Made by a program: the position numbers and the translations under genes. This document shows, piece after piece, positions 53,852 to 62,056 of a stretch of DNA of 64,000 nt. Numbering within the stretch: position 1 is the first letter of the stretch; each line of letters begins with the position of its first letter. Below the pieces are notes generated by a model. That model did no database searches and had not been told where the DNA came from. It saw nothing but the letters and a program-made list of their open reading frames with translations. The DNA comes from a candidate division WOR-3 bacterium (GTDB lineage Bacteria > Hydrothermota > Tepidihabitantia > Tepidihabitantales > Tepidihabitantaceae): the NCBI GenBank assembly GCA_965649225.1, contig CBFGJX010000003.1:112603-176602 (forward strand). The letters are read 5' to 3'.

Positions 53852-54963
53852 AGGTTCTCCAGAAATGCCTCGAGCCGGGTGCGCACCTGCTCCCGGTTTT
53901 CGACCGAGTAGGTACTGTCGATATGCAACACCGGCAAACCCAGTTCACTGCCCAGCCGGGTGCGTTCCAGCGCCCAGGGGTCACAGTAAAGCAGGGTTTT
54001 GTAAACCAGCCCTTGCACCGCGAAATCCCGCACCCGCGTCCGGGCGTAGTCAAAGAAAGCGTCGTTCGGCCTTCGATGGGCACACGGCACCCGGCCGAAG
54101 TAGTACCGCGCCAGCCCGGCATAACCGTTGTCCGCCACCAGCGGACCGACGTCTTCGGCAAACCACCGCGTCCCCGTGCAGAGAAAATCGGTAACGATGT
54201 CCGCCTTGGCCTCGACCAGTCGCACGAACCAGCGGTCATCATCGGCAACAATACTGCCCCCCAGTGCCAGCCGCGGGCGCTGCACCCGAATCATCTCCCG
54301 CTGTGGCTGACTGGCTGCGGCTGTTGCGAGTTCACTGCCTGCCTCCGGGCCGATGAGGTTCGCCACCGCCACCAGGTCCAGCACCGCACTGCCGGCGATG
54401 CCGGGTGGCACCTCCCGCCGCCTTTCGTCAGCCGAACGCAGCGCCTGGCGCAGCCGGTCATAACGGGCGGCGGCCGCATTCAACTGCGCTGCCGTCACTG
54501 CAATTCCCGTCAGCGCTCCCAGTTCACTGGCCAGCCAGCGCAGCTGTCGTTCGAACTCCGCAATCCGGTGCGGCAACGGCTCGGCCGTGCGCGGCAGATA
54601 AAGGCTGAAGGCCGGAATGCCAAAGTTGCGCTGAATCAGTTCCGGCAACCGCCGCATCATATCGCAAGTACTGACACCAATCACCGCATCACACAGCCGG
54701 TACAGCCGGTCGGACTCGAAGTTGCCCAGACAGCTCTTGCAGAACGAACAGGCGTCGCTGCGAACGTACTTCTCGCCTGACTGCTCGGCCGTGAACCCGC
54801 CCCGCTGCAGCCGTACCGGAATCGCACCAGCTGCGGCAATCAGCTCAATCGGGGTGTACAGACAGAAATAGCCTACGACTCTGCTGCCCGCAGCCCGCAG
54901 CTCGGCCAGTTCCTCAATCAACCCTGACCGCAGCAGCTCCGGCAGCCCCGTTCCTGTCAACAC
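53848..54963 (-). CDS. HGD-D family subunit, HgdB-like
   Basis: N-terminal VVGYFCLYTPIELIAAAGAIPVRL characteristic of the family; CDAVIGVSTCDMMRR. Confidence 0.7.
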   Translation of the reverse strand: MLTGTGLPELLRSGLIEELAELRAAGSRVVGYFCLYTPIELIAAAGAIPVRLQRGGFTAEQSGEKYVRSDACSFCKSCLGNFESDRLYRLCDAVIGVSTCDMMRRLPELIQRNFGIPAFSLYLPRTAEPLPHRIAEFERQLRWLASELGALTGIAVTAAQLNAAAARYDRLRQALRSADERRREVPPGIAGSAVLDLVAVANLIGPEAGSELATAAASQPQREMIRVQRPRLALGGSIVADDDRWFVRLVEAKADIVTDFLCTGTRWFAEDVGPLVADNGYAGLARYYFGRVPCAHRRPNDAFFDYARTRVRDFAVQGLVYKTLLYCDPWALERTRLGSELGLPVLHIDSTYSVENREQVRTRLEAFLENL

Positions 54964-56339
54964 CAGTCGGCCAGCTCCATTCGGGAAACAAACTGCCGCT
55001 CGAAATCAGGATGCTCGCTCAATCGAACCTCCCGGCAACGCAAACCCAGTTCTGCCGCCTCTTCCCGGGCCGCCCGATTGGTCAGTCTCACTGCCCCGGC
55101 CAGCGCCAGATTGCCGTGCTGACGCACCTGCCGGGCCGCGATTGCCGGCACCAGTCCAATCGCCGCCGCTGCCGCAATATCCAGCGCCGCCCCGAATCGG
55201 CCGGTCAAATGCACCCGCCCGATATCTTTCGGCTTCGCCGGCCACTCATCCAGCAGCACCGCGATGCCGGCGGCAATCGCTGCCTTGGCCAGCTGTATCT
55301 CACGGACATCGGCCTGAGAAAGATAAACGCCATCGGCCAGGTTCATCTTGCCGTCCCGGACTCGGCCGCCCGGCTCAATCAATCCAGCCGCCAGCCCGGC
55401 CGCAACTGCCGACAGCACGCCGGAGCCACAGATACCTGTCGGCCGCCCATTGCCAACCGTCGTCAACTGCCAGTCCTTGCCGACACGACGCACCGCCGTG
55501 ATTGCCCCGCGCCGGGCAAACGAACCGCACTCCAGCGTTGCGCCCTCAAACGCCGGCCCGGCCGCAGTCGAACAGACAAGAATCCGCTCGCGGTTGCCCA
55601 GCGCGATTTCGCCATTCGTACCGGCATCGACGAGCAGACTCAGCTCCGCGCGTCGGTGCATCCCGCTGGCGACAATCGCCGCACTGCAATCACTGCCGAC
55701 AAAACTGCCCAGCAGCGGTGGTGACCACAGTCTCAGTCGCGGGCTGAAGGCAAAACGTCCGGCCAGCGGTACTTTCAGCGGCAGCCGTGACCGGTACGGA
55801 TAACTCCCCAGTCCGGCCGGCGTCCGGCCGAAAACAAAATGCATCATCGCCGTGTTGCCCACCGCGACCGCGGCTCGTGTTGGCGGTATGCCGGCCGTGA
55901 ACACGAATTGCCGTACCACTGCCCCAAGGTCAACCCGTCGGACCAGCCGGGCTGCACCAATCCGGCTCATGACATCTGCCCCCAGCACCGCCTGCGGATT
56001 GAGCCTGGCTCCCTGCCGCACAATCCGTCCGGTATGGCGGTCAACTGCCGCCAGCGATACCGTCGTTGTCCCGAAATCAACCGCCAGCAGTCTTTCTCGC
56101 AGAACGACACGCCGTGTTGGCGGCAGTCTGCCGGCATCGGCCACCCGCACCCACACCGGTCCCGTCGGCACATAGCGACAGGCGAGAACCTCCTCGCAGC
56201 CCTCGGCAGTTACAATCTGAACCCGACACCGACCGCAGCGCCCGACACCGCCGCAGTCCGCCGCCACCATTGCCCCGCTGACCGCCAGCAGCTGCAACAG
56301 ATTCAGCCCGGGACGAGGGCGAATCAGCAATTCGCTCAA
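54957..56339 (-). CDS. RACo-type reductive activator of corrinoid proteins ([2Fe-2S] ferredoxin domain plus ASKHA ATPase)
   Basis: ADCGGVGRCGRCRV...C cysteines; ASKHA phosphate motifs VDFGTTTVSLAAV and LLVDAGTNGEIALG; 460 aa. Confidence 0.7.
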   Translation of the reverse strand: MSELLIRPRPGLNLLQLLAVSGAMVAADCGGVGRCGRCRVQIVTAEGCEEVLACRYVPTGPVWVRVADAGRLPPTRRVVLRERLLAVDFGTTTVSLAAVDRHTGRIVRQGARLNPQAVLGADVMSRIGAARLVRRVDLGAVVRQFVFTAGIPPTRAAVAVGNTAMMHFVFGRTPAGLGSYPYRSRLPLKVPLAGRFAFSPRLRLWSPPLLGSFVGSDCSAAIVASGMHRRAELSLLVDAGTNGEIALGNRERILVCSTAAGPAFEGATLECGSFARRGAITAVRRVGKDWQLTTVGNGRPTGICGSGVLSAVAAGLAAGLIEPGGRVRDGKMNLADGVYLSQADVREIQLAKAAIAAGIAVLLDEWPAKPKDIGRVHLTGRFGAALDIAAAAAIGLVPAIAARQVRQHGNLALAGAVRLTNRAAREEAAELGLRCREVRLSEHPDFERQFVSRMELADWC

Positions 56340-57340
56340 ACCAGACCCCTCCCGGCGTTCACCAGCGCCGCGACATTCTCGGGCGGACTGGCGGCCGGCA
56401 CATCACAGCTGGTCGAAAGTATCAGGCGCGGGCCGGCTGCAGCCAGACACGCGTGCGCCGCCGCCGCAACTTCCTCCGGCCGGCCTTCCAGCATCAACTG
56501 CGTCGAAACATTGCCCATCAGCGCAACACTGGTACCGGTCCGCATACTGCGCAGGTCGCCCTCGTCAACACTCAGCACCGCTGCACCGCTGCAGACCATG
56601 TCAGGCAGAATCTGGCGCGTGTCGCCGCAGATGTGCAAAACTGCCGGTGCGCCAAGCTCCCGAATCCAATCCACCAGCTGCTTCAAACCCGGCAGCGCAA
56701 ACTCGCGAAACATCGCCGCACTGATCATCGAACCCGACGCCACCGGGTCGCCGATAAACGGAATTGCCCCGGCCCGGACAACTGCCTCGGCATAACGCAA
56801 CTGATTATCCAGCGCCGCAGCAAGGTAATTGCGCGCCCGTGCCGGGTCGGCCAGCAGGTCTTCGAAAAAACTCCCGATGCCGCGCAGGAATGCCGCCAGC
56901 GAAAACGGCCCTTTGATGCCGACCAGTACCGGCACTTCACCCTCAAGCAGCTTCACCAGCCGCCGGGTCGCCTCCAGCACCACCGGCATCCGACCATCGC
57001 TTTCGGGGTCGGCCGGTTCGAGACGGGATACCCGCGCCGGCCCGATGACAAAAGGATTGTCTTCCTCAGGAATGACGACCTGCGCGCCCATTGCCTCGGC
57101 CTCGACCGTCGTGTCGGCAAACACCAGCACGAGGTCATAACCGTAGCGCCGGTACGCCGAATACAGCACCCGCGCCAGCGTATCGCCCTGCGTCACGGCT
57201 TCGGAAACTGAATAGCCCTCCAGCCGCGCCGCGTGGTCTGCGACCACCATCGGAAACACGACCGGCTGCTCGGGAGCGCCGCCGCGCACGAGCTCGCGCA
57301 GTCGCTCAACCCGCTGTCCCGGCCCGCGCCTCTCGGTCAT
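56336..57340 (-). CDS. UroD/MtaA-CmuA-family methylcobamide methyltransferase-like protein (copy 1)
   Basis: Zn motif AVLHICGDTRQ and LSTSCDVPAASPPENV. Confidence 0.75.
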   Translation of the reverse strand: MTERRGPGQRVERLRELVRGGAPEQPVVFPMVVADHAARLEGYSVSEAVTQGDTLARVLYSAYRRYGYDLVLVFADTTVEAEAMGAQVVIPEEDNPFVIGPARVSRLEPADPESDGRMPVVLEATRRLVKLLEGEVPVLVGIKGPFSLAAFLRGIGSFFEDLLADPARARNYLAAALDNQLRYAEAVVRAGAIPFIGDPVASGSMISAAMFREFALPGLKQLVDWIRELGAPAVLHICGDTRQILPDMVCSGAAVLSVDEGDLRSMRTGTSVALMGNVSTQLMLEGRPEEVAAAAHACLAAAGPRLILSTSCDVPAASPPENVAALVNAGRGLV

Positions 57341-57348
57341 TCTCTGGG

Positions 57349-58041
57349 TTATTGCCGCTGGGTCCGCTGACCAGTCAACCTTTCCGTTTCCAGCACCGCG
57401 CCGTGCGCGTCGGCGGCCCAGCCGTCGGCGCCAATCCGCCGGGCAAACTCCGCCGTCACCGGTGCACCGCCGACTATCACCTTCACACCCGGGCGCAGCC
57501 CGCGCCGGTCCAGCGCCTCGATGACCTTGCCCATCCGCGGCATCGTCGTGGTCATCAGCGACGAGATACCCAGCACCGCCGGCCCGTCCTCGGCTGCGCG
57601 CAAAAAATCCTCGACCGCTACGTTCCGACCGAGGTCAACCACCGTAAACCCCGCCGCCTGAATCATTACCTTGACGATGTTTTTACCGATGTCGTGGATA
57701 TCGCCCTGCACCACACCGAGAATGACGCGACCCCGGCCAGCCGCATCGGCCGTACCCAACGCGTCCTTGAGAATGTCGAACCCGGCGTACATCGCTTTCG
57801 AGGCCAGCAGCACTTCGGGCACGAAACACTCTTTCGCCGCAAACTTCTCGCCCATTCGGCGCATTCCCGCTGCCAGCCCTTCGGTGATTGCCGTCTGCGC
57901 GCTCAACCCTTCGGCCAGCACTCTGCGCGCCAGCTCGGCCACGAGCTCCGGCTTCAGCGCCACGACCGCATCGGCCAACTCTCGATACAGCTTGTCCACA
58001 GCAGCTATCCTATCCGCGCCAGAACCACGCTGCAACATCAA
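57349..58041 (-). CDS. corrinoid (B12-binding) protein, methyltransferase-cognate type
   Basis: GVVQGDIHDIGKNIV (DxHxxG), ISSLMTTTM (SxL), VIVGGAP (GG); helical cap domain N-terminal. Confidence 0.8.
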   Translation of the reverse strand: MMLQRGSGADRIAAVDKLYRELADAVVALKPELVAELARRVLAEGLSAQTAITEGLAAGMRRMGEKFAAKECFVPEVLLASKAMYAGFDILKDALGTADAAGRGRVILGVVQGDIHDIGKNIVKVMIQAAGFTVVDLGRNVAVEDFLRAAEDGPAVLGISSLMTTTMPRMGKVIEALDRRGLRPGVKVIVGGAPVTAEFARRIGADGWAADAHGAVLETERLTGQRTQRQ

Positions 58042-58060
58042 CCTTTGTGGCGCCCGTTGG

Positions 58061-58714
58061 TTATCTGAGTATGACCTTCTGCGTACCAGCGCTCTTGGGC
58101 CGAATCAGCAGGTACACACCCGGGGCTACTCCGCGCAGACTGTTGACACCCGGAGTCAGCCATCTCAGCCGACGTCCGACACCATCAACCAGACACGCCC
58201 CGTCTGACCAGTGTATCGTGACCACGCTGTGGACAACTGTCGACCGCGATACCCAGACACCGACTGCCGGCTGCACTGTTTCAAACACGCCCGAGCCAGT
58301 CCGGGTGACGACCGTGATTGAATCCGTCAGCATTGTGTCGCCGAGCGAGGTCACTTTCAGGTTAACGCGCTGAACCCCCTGCCGGCTTCCGGCATAGACC
58401 GTGACATCAATAGTTGAATCCGACTCGCCGGGGGCGAGTGTGTCAAAAAGCGGCGACCCGGGCTCAACGCAACGGCCATGCGCACACACCACCACCACCC
58501 AGCCAGGGACGCTTTCAAGCACGCGACTGTCCAGACGGAAGATATCGGGCACGCTGGCGGTGTTCGTGAGCGTGAAATGAAACTCGGCTATCCCACCCGG
58601 TTCGATCTGCCGCACCGTGTCATCGCGACAGACAAAATTGAAGCCGAAGCCGGCCCAGGCAATTCCCCCACCGAGCAGAATCAGTACAAGCACAATCCTG
58701 AACCTGTCCTTCAT
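58061..58714 (-). CDS. small secreted protein with T9SS CTD
   Basis: Start ATG 58714 (MKDRFRIVLVLILLGGGIAWA) in ATGA overlap with the upstream stop; CTD ...APGVYLLIRPKSAGTQKVILR. Confidence 0.55.
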   Translation of the reverse strand: MKDRFRIVLVLILLGGGIAWAGFGFNFVCRDDTVRQIEPGGIAEFHFTLTNTASVPDIFRLDSRVLESVPGWVVVVCAHGRCVEPGSPLFDTLAPGESDSTIDVTVYAGSRQGVQRVNLKVTSLGDTMLTDSITVVTRTGSGVFETVQPAVGVWVSRSTVVHSVVTIHWSDGACLVDGVGRRLRWLTPGVNSLRGVAPGVYLLIRPKSAGTQKVILR

Positions 58715-59496
58715 CGGCAACCTCGGATGTTCTGTTGCAGTCTTTTCAAACCACACGCCTGCAAGACGCGGTTCGTGACCGGATGCTGGACGAACGCCAC
58801 TGCGCCGAGTCGCCTCGGGTTCCAGCCTGGCGCAAGGCCGAAGCTCTCACTGAACTCCAGCGTATCCCGCCGCGCCAGCAGAAAGTCCCGTCCCCGGCAA
58901 CCGGGCAGCATCTGTCGCATCACGCGGTTAAATACGCTGTCCGTCGCGCCTGGCTGGGTCGCGCGCACGCTGTCCTCGACCAGCACCACATACAACCGCA
59001 GGCTTTCGGCCGGAGTTGAGTCAACACCGCTGACCTGCACAGTTAGCGTACCACCGGAAGAATCAAGCCGGGCGGCCATGTCGAGCTGAACCCCGGGCGG
59101 CACACCCTTGGCCGCAATAATGAAGTTCCGAAAAGTCGGGTAGTTGTATTCTGGCCCGGGCGTGCGCACCGGTGTCCCGCCATCGAAAACCGTTGCCGGT
59201 TCGCCGCCGGTCTCGTAGTAAAGCCCCCGCCGCTCTTCAACATACTCCGGCGACAGCGTGTCGCCCGCCACACGCCGATGATAGGCAATCACCACGACGC
59301 TGTCGTGCAACTCCATTGCCAGACTGTCCAGGGCCCGCGCCGCGTACGGGCAGTAAGAACATCGCTGCCAGGTGAACATTTCCGCCAGCACGACGCGGTT
59401 GGTCGGCACGAGCGGCACATCTGGAGCAACTGAGCAGGCAGTTGCGGCGAGGCCGGCAGAAGCCAGCCCCGCCGCAAAAGCACGCAACAGACCCAT
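58711..59496 (-). CDS. thioredoxin-fold lipoprotein with WxxCSYCP motif (Omp28-like N-domain), start set at ATG 59496
   Basis: MGLLRAFAAGLASAGLAATACS lipobox; VVLAEMFTWQRCSYCPYAARALDSL; the track's TTG at 59715 adds a compositionally odd N-terminal extension. Confidence 0.5.
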   Translation of the reverse strand: MGLLRAFAAGLASAGLAATACSVAPDVPLVPTNRVVLAEMFTWQRCSYCPYAARALDSLAMELHDSVVVIAYHRRVAGDTLSPEYVEERRGLYYETGGEPATVFDGGTPVRTPGPEYNYPTFRNFIIAAKGVPPGVQLDMAARLDSSGGTLTVQVSGVDSTPAESLRLYVVLVEDSVRATQPGATDSVFNRVMRQMLPGCRGRDFLLARRDTLEFSESFGLAPGWNPRRLGAVAFVQHPVTNRVLQACGLKRLQQNIRGCR

Positions 59497-59497
59497 G

Positions 59498-61276
59498 CTA
59501 CCGACCGACCACCAGCTTGACCGACCGGGTCCCGGCCGCCGAACTGAGCCGGCAGAAGTAGGCGCCGGCGCCGACTCTCCGGCCGCTGCCGTCGTCGAGC
59601 TGCCACACCGCTTGGCCCGACCCGGCAAGACCACAGGCCAGCACCTGTACCTGCCGCCCGCCGGCGTCGAACACCACAAGGTCGCCGCGCGCGTTTGGCG
59701 GTAACGAATACTCAAAGGCGACCGGCGTATTCACGATGGTTCGCGTTGCGGCCGCGCGCAGCCCGACTGCCGCTGGCGGCTCAGCGAGGGCCGAAGCATA
59801 CGGGCTGACAACGATGTCGTCCACCGACCAGCCATCGTCGGTAACGCTGCCGTCGGACAGGAAACGAAACCGCACCTGCAGCGTTGCTCCGGCAAACTCG
59901 GTCAGGCTGAAGCTCTGCCTTGCCCAGTTGCGCGCCGCCCCGGTCCACGTTCCAAGCGTGTGCCAGAACGGCCCGCCCGGGCTGACGTCCACCATGCAGT
60001 AGTCCCAGCCCTGCTCGACCGCGTACCATTGCCAGAAATCGAGCGTGGCACCGTCGCCGACCAGAAAACGTGGACTGGTCAGGCGCATGTCGGTCTGGTT
60101 GGGGTACTGACCGCTGCTGGTCGTTGTCCATGACCTTGTCGGCGAATGCGAACGGACCGTGCTGAGCGCCCACTGGCAGTTGATACCGGTGCGGGACCAG
60201 CCACCGACACCGCTCTCGCAGTCGTCGCTGAACCCGGTGCCGGCTGTCACCAGCATCGGGATCGTGAAACGGCCGCCGCTGCTGACATCCAGCGTCAGCG
60301 TCACGACCCGGTCCGACGGGCAGTTCGCAGCGATGGTCAAAGCGAACGGGGTGTTGGGCCCAAGGGTTCCGGCAACACCGATGTCCGGATAAGCCGCACC
60401 GGGTGTTGTGACAGTGACATAGGGATCGGTCGTGGACAGCGAGCCGGTCACGCCGGTCGCTGTCGCCGAACCGAGGTTGCGCAGCATCGGTCGCAACTGC
60501 ACACTGCCACCCGGCCGCGCCGGCGACCCGACAAAACCGTAGTACTCAAGCGTCGGCCGCTGCACCACGTCGCACCAGGCTCCCTGATGGATCGCCCGCG
60601 AGGAGTTGTTCTGGACGAACACTATGAACCGGCAGTTCCGTGCCACCCAGGACGGGTTGATTGTGAAACTGCGGGTCCGCACTACTGAATCACCCACCGG
60701 CACCGAAATCGCCTCGCCGGACGCCGACGGCAGCATCGTGCGCTCGACATCATGCAGGCTGTCCATTCCCTGCCAGTAGTATGGGATGTGGCTCTCGGTG
60801 AGCGCAGTGTGCAGTTGCCCGTTGATCGGGACAGAGCCGGTGTTGCGCACGACAATGGTCAACACACCGCTTCGGGCAACTGAGTCATAGGTTGTCGAGA
60901 GGTCAATATCCAGCGGACTCGGATTGGCGGCGTGGCTGCGCCAGTAGTCCCAGTAAATCGGAAACATCGTGCCGCTGTGAATACCCCCCACCACGGTCGA
61001 ATCGCCATCGAGTATAACGGTCGGGTAACCGGACACCCCGTAATAACTCATGCGCGCGGCAGCGGTCGCGGTGTAGAACGGGTCGCTGCTCGATGAATGG
61101 TAGGCGATGGCCACGACCGAATCGAACGCCCGGAACTGCAGTTCCTCGATGCCCCGCGCCGCACCCGGGCAATAAGTGCACCACGTCGCGGTGAAATCCT
61201 CTATCACGGTCACAAGCTGGCTCGCCGGCAACGCGACCGGCACGAGCATCAGCACGATCAGTACGGCTCTTCTCAT
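59498..61276 (-). CDS. secreted protein with thioredoxin-like WCTYCP N-domain, Ig-like middle, MAM/InhA-like beta-sandwich and T9SS CTD
   Basis: RBS AAAGGAGAaggacgATG; VTVIEDFTATWCTYCPGAARGIEEL; ...GWSVDDIVVSPY; CTD ...GAYFCRLSSAAGTRSVKLVVGR. Confidence 0.7.
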   Translation of the reverse strand: MRRAVLIVLMLVPVALPASQLVTVIEDFTATWCTYCPGAARGIEELQFRAFDSVVAIAYHSSSSDPFYTATAAARMSYYGVSGYPTVILDGDSTVVGGIHSGTMFPIYWDYWRSHAANPSPLDIDLSTTYDSVARSGVLTIVVRNTGSVPINGQLHTALTESHIPYYWQGMDSLHDVERTMLPSASGEAISVPVGDSVVRTRSFTINPSWVARNCRFIVFVQNNSSRAIHQGAWCDVVQRPTLEYYGFVGSPARPGGSVQLRPMLRNLGSATATGVTGSLSTTDPYVTVTTPGAAYPDIGVAGTLGPNTPFALTIAANCPSDRVVTLTLDVSSGGRFTIPMLVTAGTGFSDDCESGVGGWSRTGINCQWALSTVRSHSPTRSWTTTSSGQYPNQTDMRLTSPRFLVGDGATLDFWQWYAVEQGWDYCMVDVSPGGPFWHTLGTWTGAARNWARQSFSLTEFAGATLQVRFRFLSDGSVTDDGWSVDDIVVSPYASALAEPPAAVGLRAAATRTIVNTPVAFEYSLPPNARGDLVVFDAGGRQVQVLACGLAGSGQAVWQLDDGSGRRVGAGAYFCRLSSAAGTRSVKLVVGR

Positions 61277-61343
61277 CGTCCTTCTCCTTTTTCCAGACCA
61301 TGCGCAAGGCCGTGCGGGCCTAGACCAGGCCCATGCACGACAG

Positions 61344-61457
61344 TCATATCTGCGAACTGAACTGGTAGATGCGCTCCCAGTCGCGGAGCGCTATGCCCGC
61401 CACCACTGCTGCCAGACCGGCGGCAAGCAGCAGCCCAAAGGCGACGCGTCGCGCCAT
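61344..61457 (-). CDS. 37-aa hydrophobic small protein (MARRVAFGLLLAAGLAAVVAGIALRDWERIYQFSSQI), absent from the ORF track (60-aa floor)
   Basis: ATG 61457 preceded by ccaggAAAGGAGGccgaactATG (7-nt spacing); single predicted TM helix; lies upstream of the cargo operon. Confidence 0.4.
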   Translation of the reverse strand: MARRVAFGLLLAAGLAAVVAGIALRDWERIYQFSSQI

Positions 61458-61690
61458 AGTTCGGCCTCCTTTCCTGGGGTCCGTTGTTTTGAAAGCTTGA
61501 CATGAATGGACGAATCCGGTCCGCAGGACAGACTGTCCCGCTGGTGGAGCCAGTCACGACTTCCACCTCCGACCCAGCGCCAGCAGGTGGCTCAATCGGA
61601 CTCCCGATCCGGCCGAACCAATCCAGCGGCCGCCGTTGCCCGTCGCCGTGTCCCACTTCTGCGGTCGGTCACAACCAACGCTACTCCTCG

Positions 61691-61723
61691 GCAGGGGCGG
61701 CAGACTGACCCTGCCGCCCCTGC
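61691..61723 (-). terminator. hairpin GCAGGGGCGGCAG-actgacc-CTGCCGCCCCTGC 14 nt after the stop of the small secreted-peptide ORF
   Basis: Perfect 13-bp stem; no U-tract. Confidence 0.4.
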
Positions 61724-61736
61724 GGTCTCGTTCTAC

Positions 61737-61931
61737 TCACTTGCCGCCGCCCCCGGCGTGTAGTACAGCCGGCAGAAGCAGTGGCCATCCCGCGCGAGTT
61801 CCTGTTTGAGAGTCGGACACCGACAAACCACGTCTGTCTCGGGATCGAGCGGCTTGGACTGCTTGCACGGACAGCGGCCTGGCCGCGAAAGCGACTGCGG
61901 CCAGACACACCAGCAGTGCGGGCTTCTTCAC
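61737..61931 (-). CDS. 64-aa secreted small protein (Sec signal with AFA cleavage site; mature ~47 aa ending GGGGK); GTG start
   Basis: GAGAGGAGAGcgagGTG; VKKPALLVCLAAVAFAARPLSV...; followed by the hairpin. Confidence 0.35.
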   Translation of the reverse strand: MKKPALLVCLAAVAFAARPLSVQAVQAARSRDRRGLSVSDSQTGTRAGWPLLLPAVLHAGGGGK

Positions 61932-62056
61932 CTCGCTCTCCTCTCGTTGCCCTTCCACGGACTTCTGCGGTCCGGGCACCGGGCAGCGGTGACTTCACCG
62001 CTGCCCAGTGCCTCGTGGTCTTCCCAACCAGCCCCTGGTCGGCAGGCTGAAAGGGG

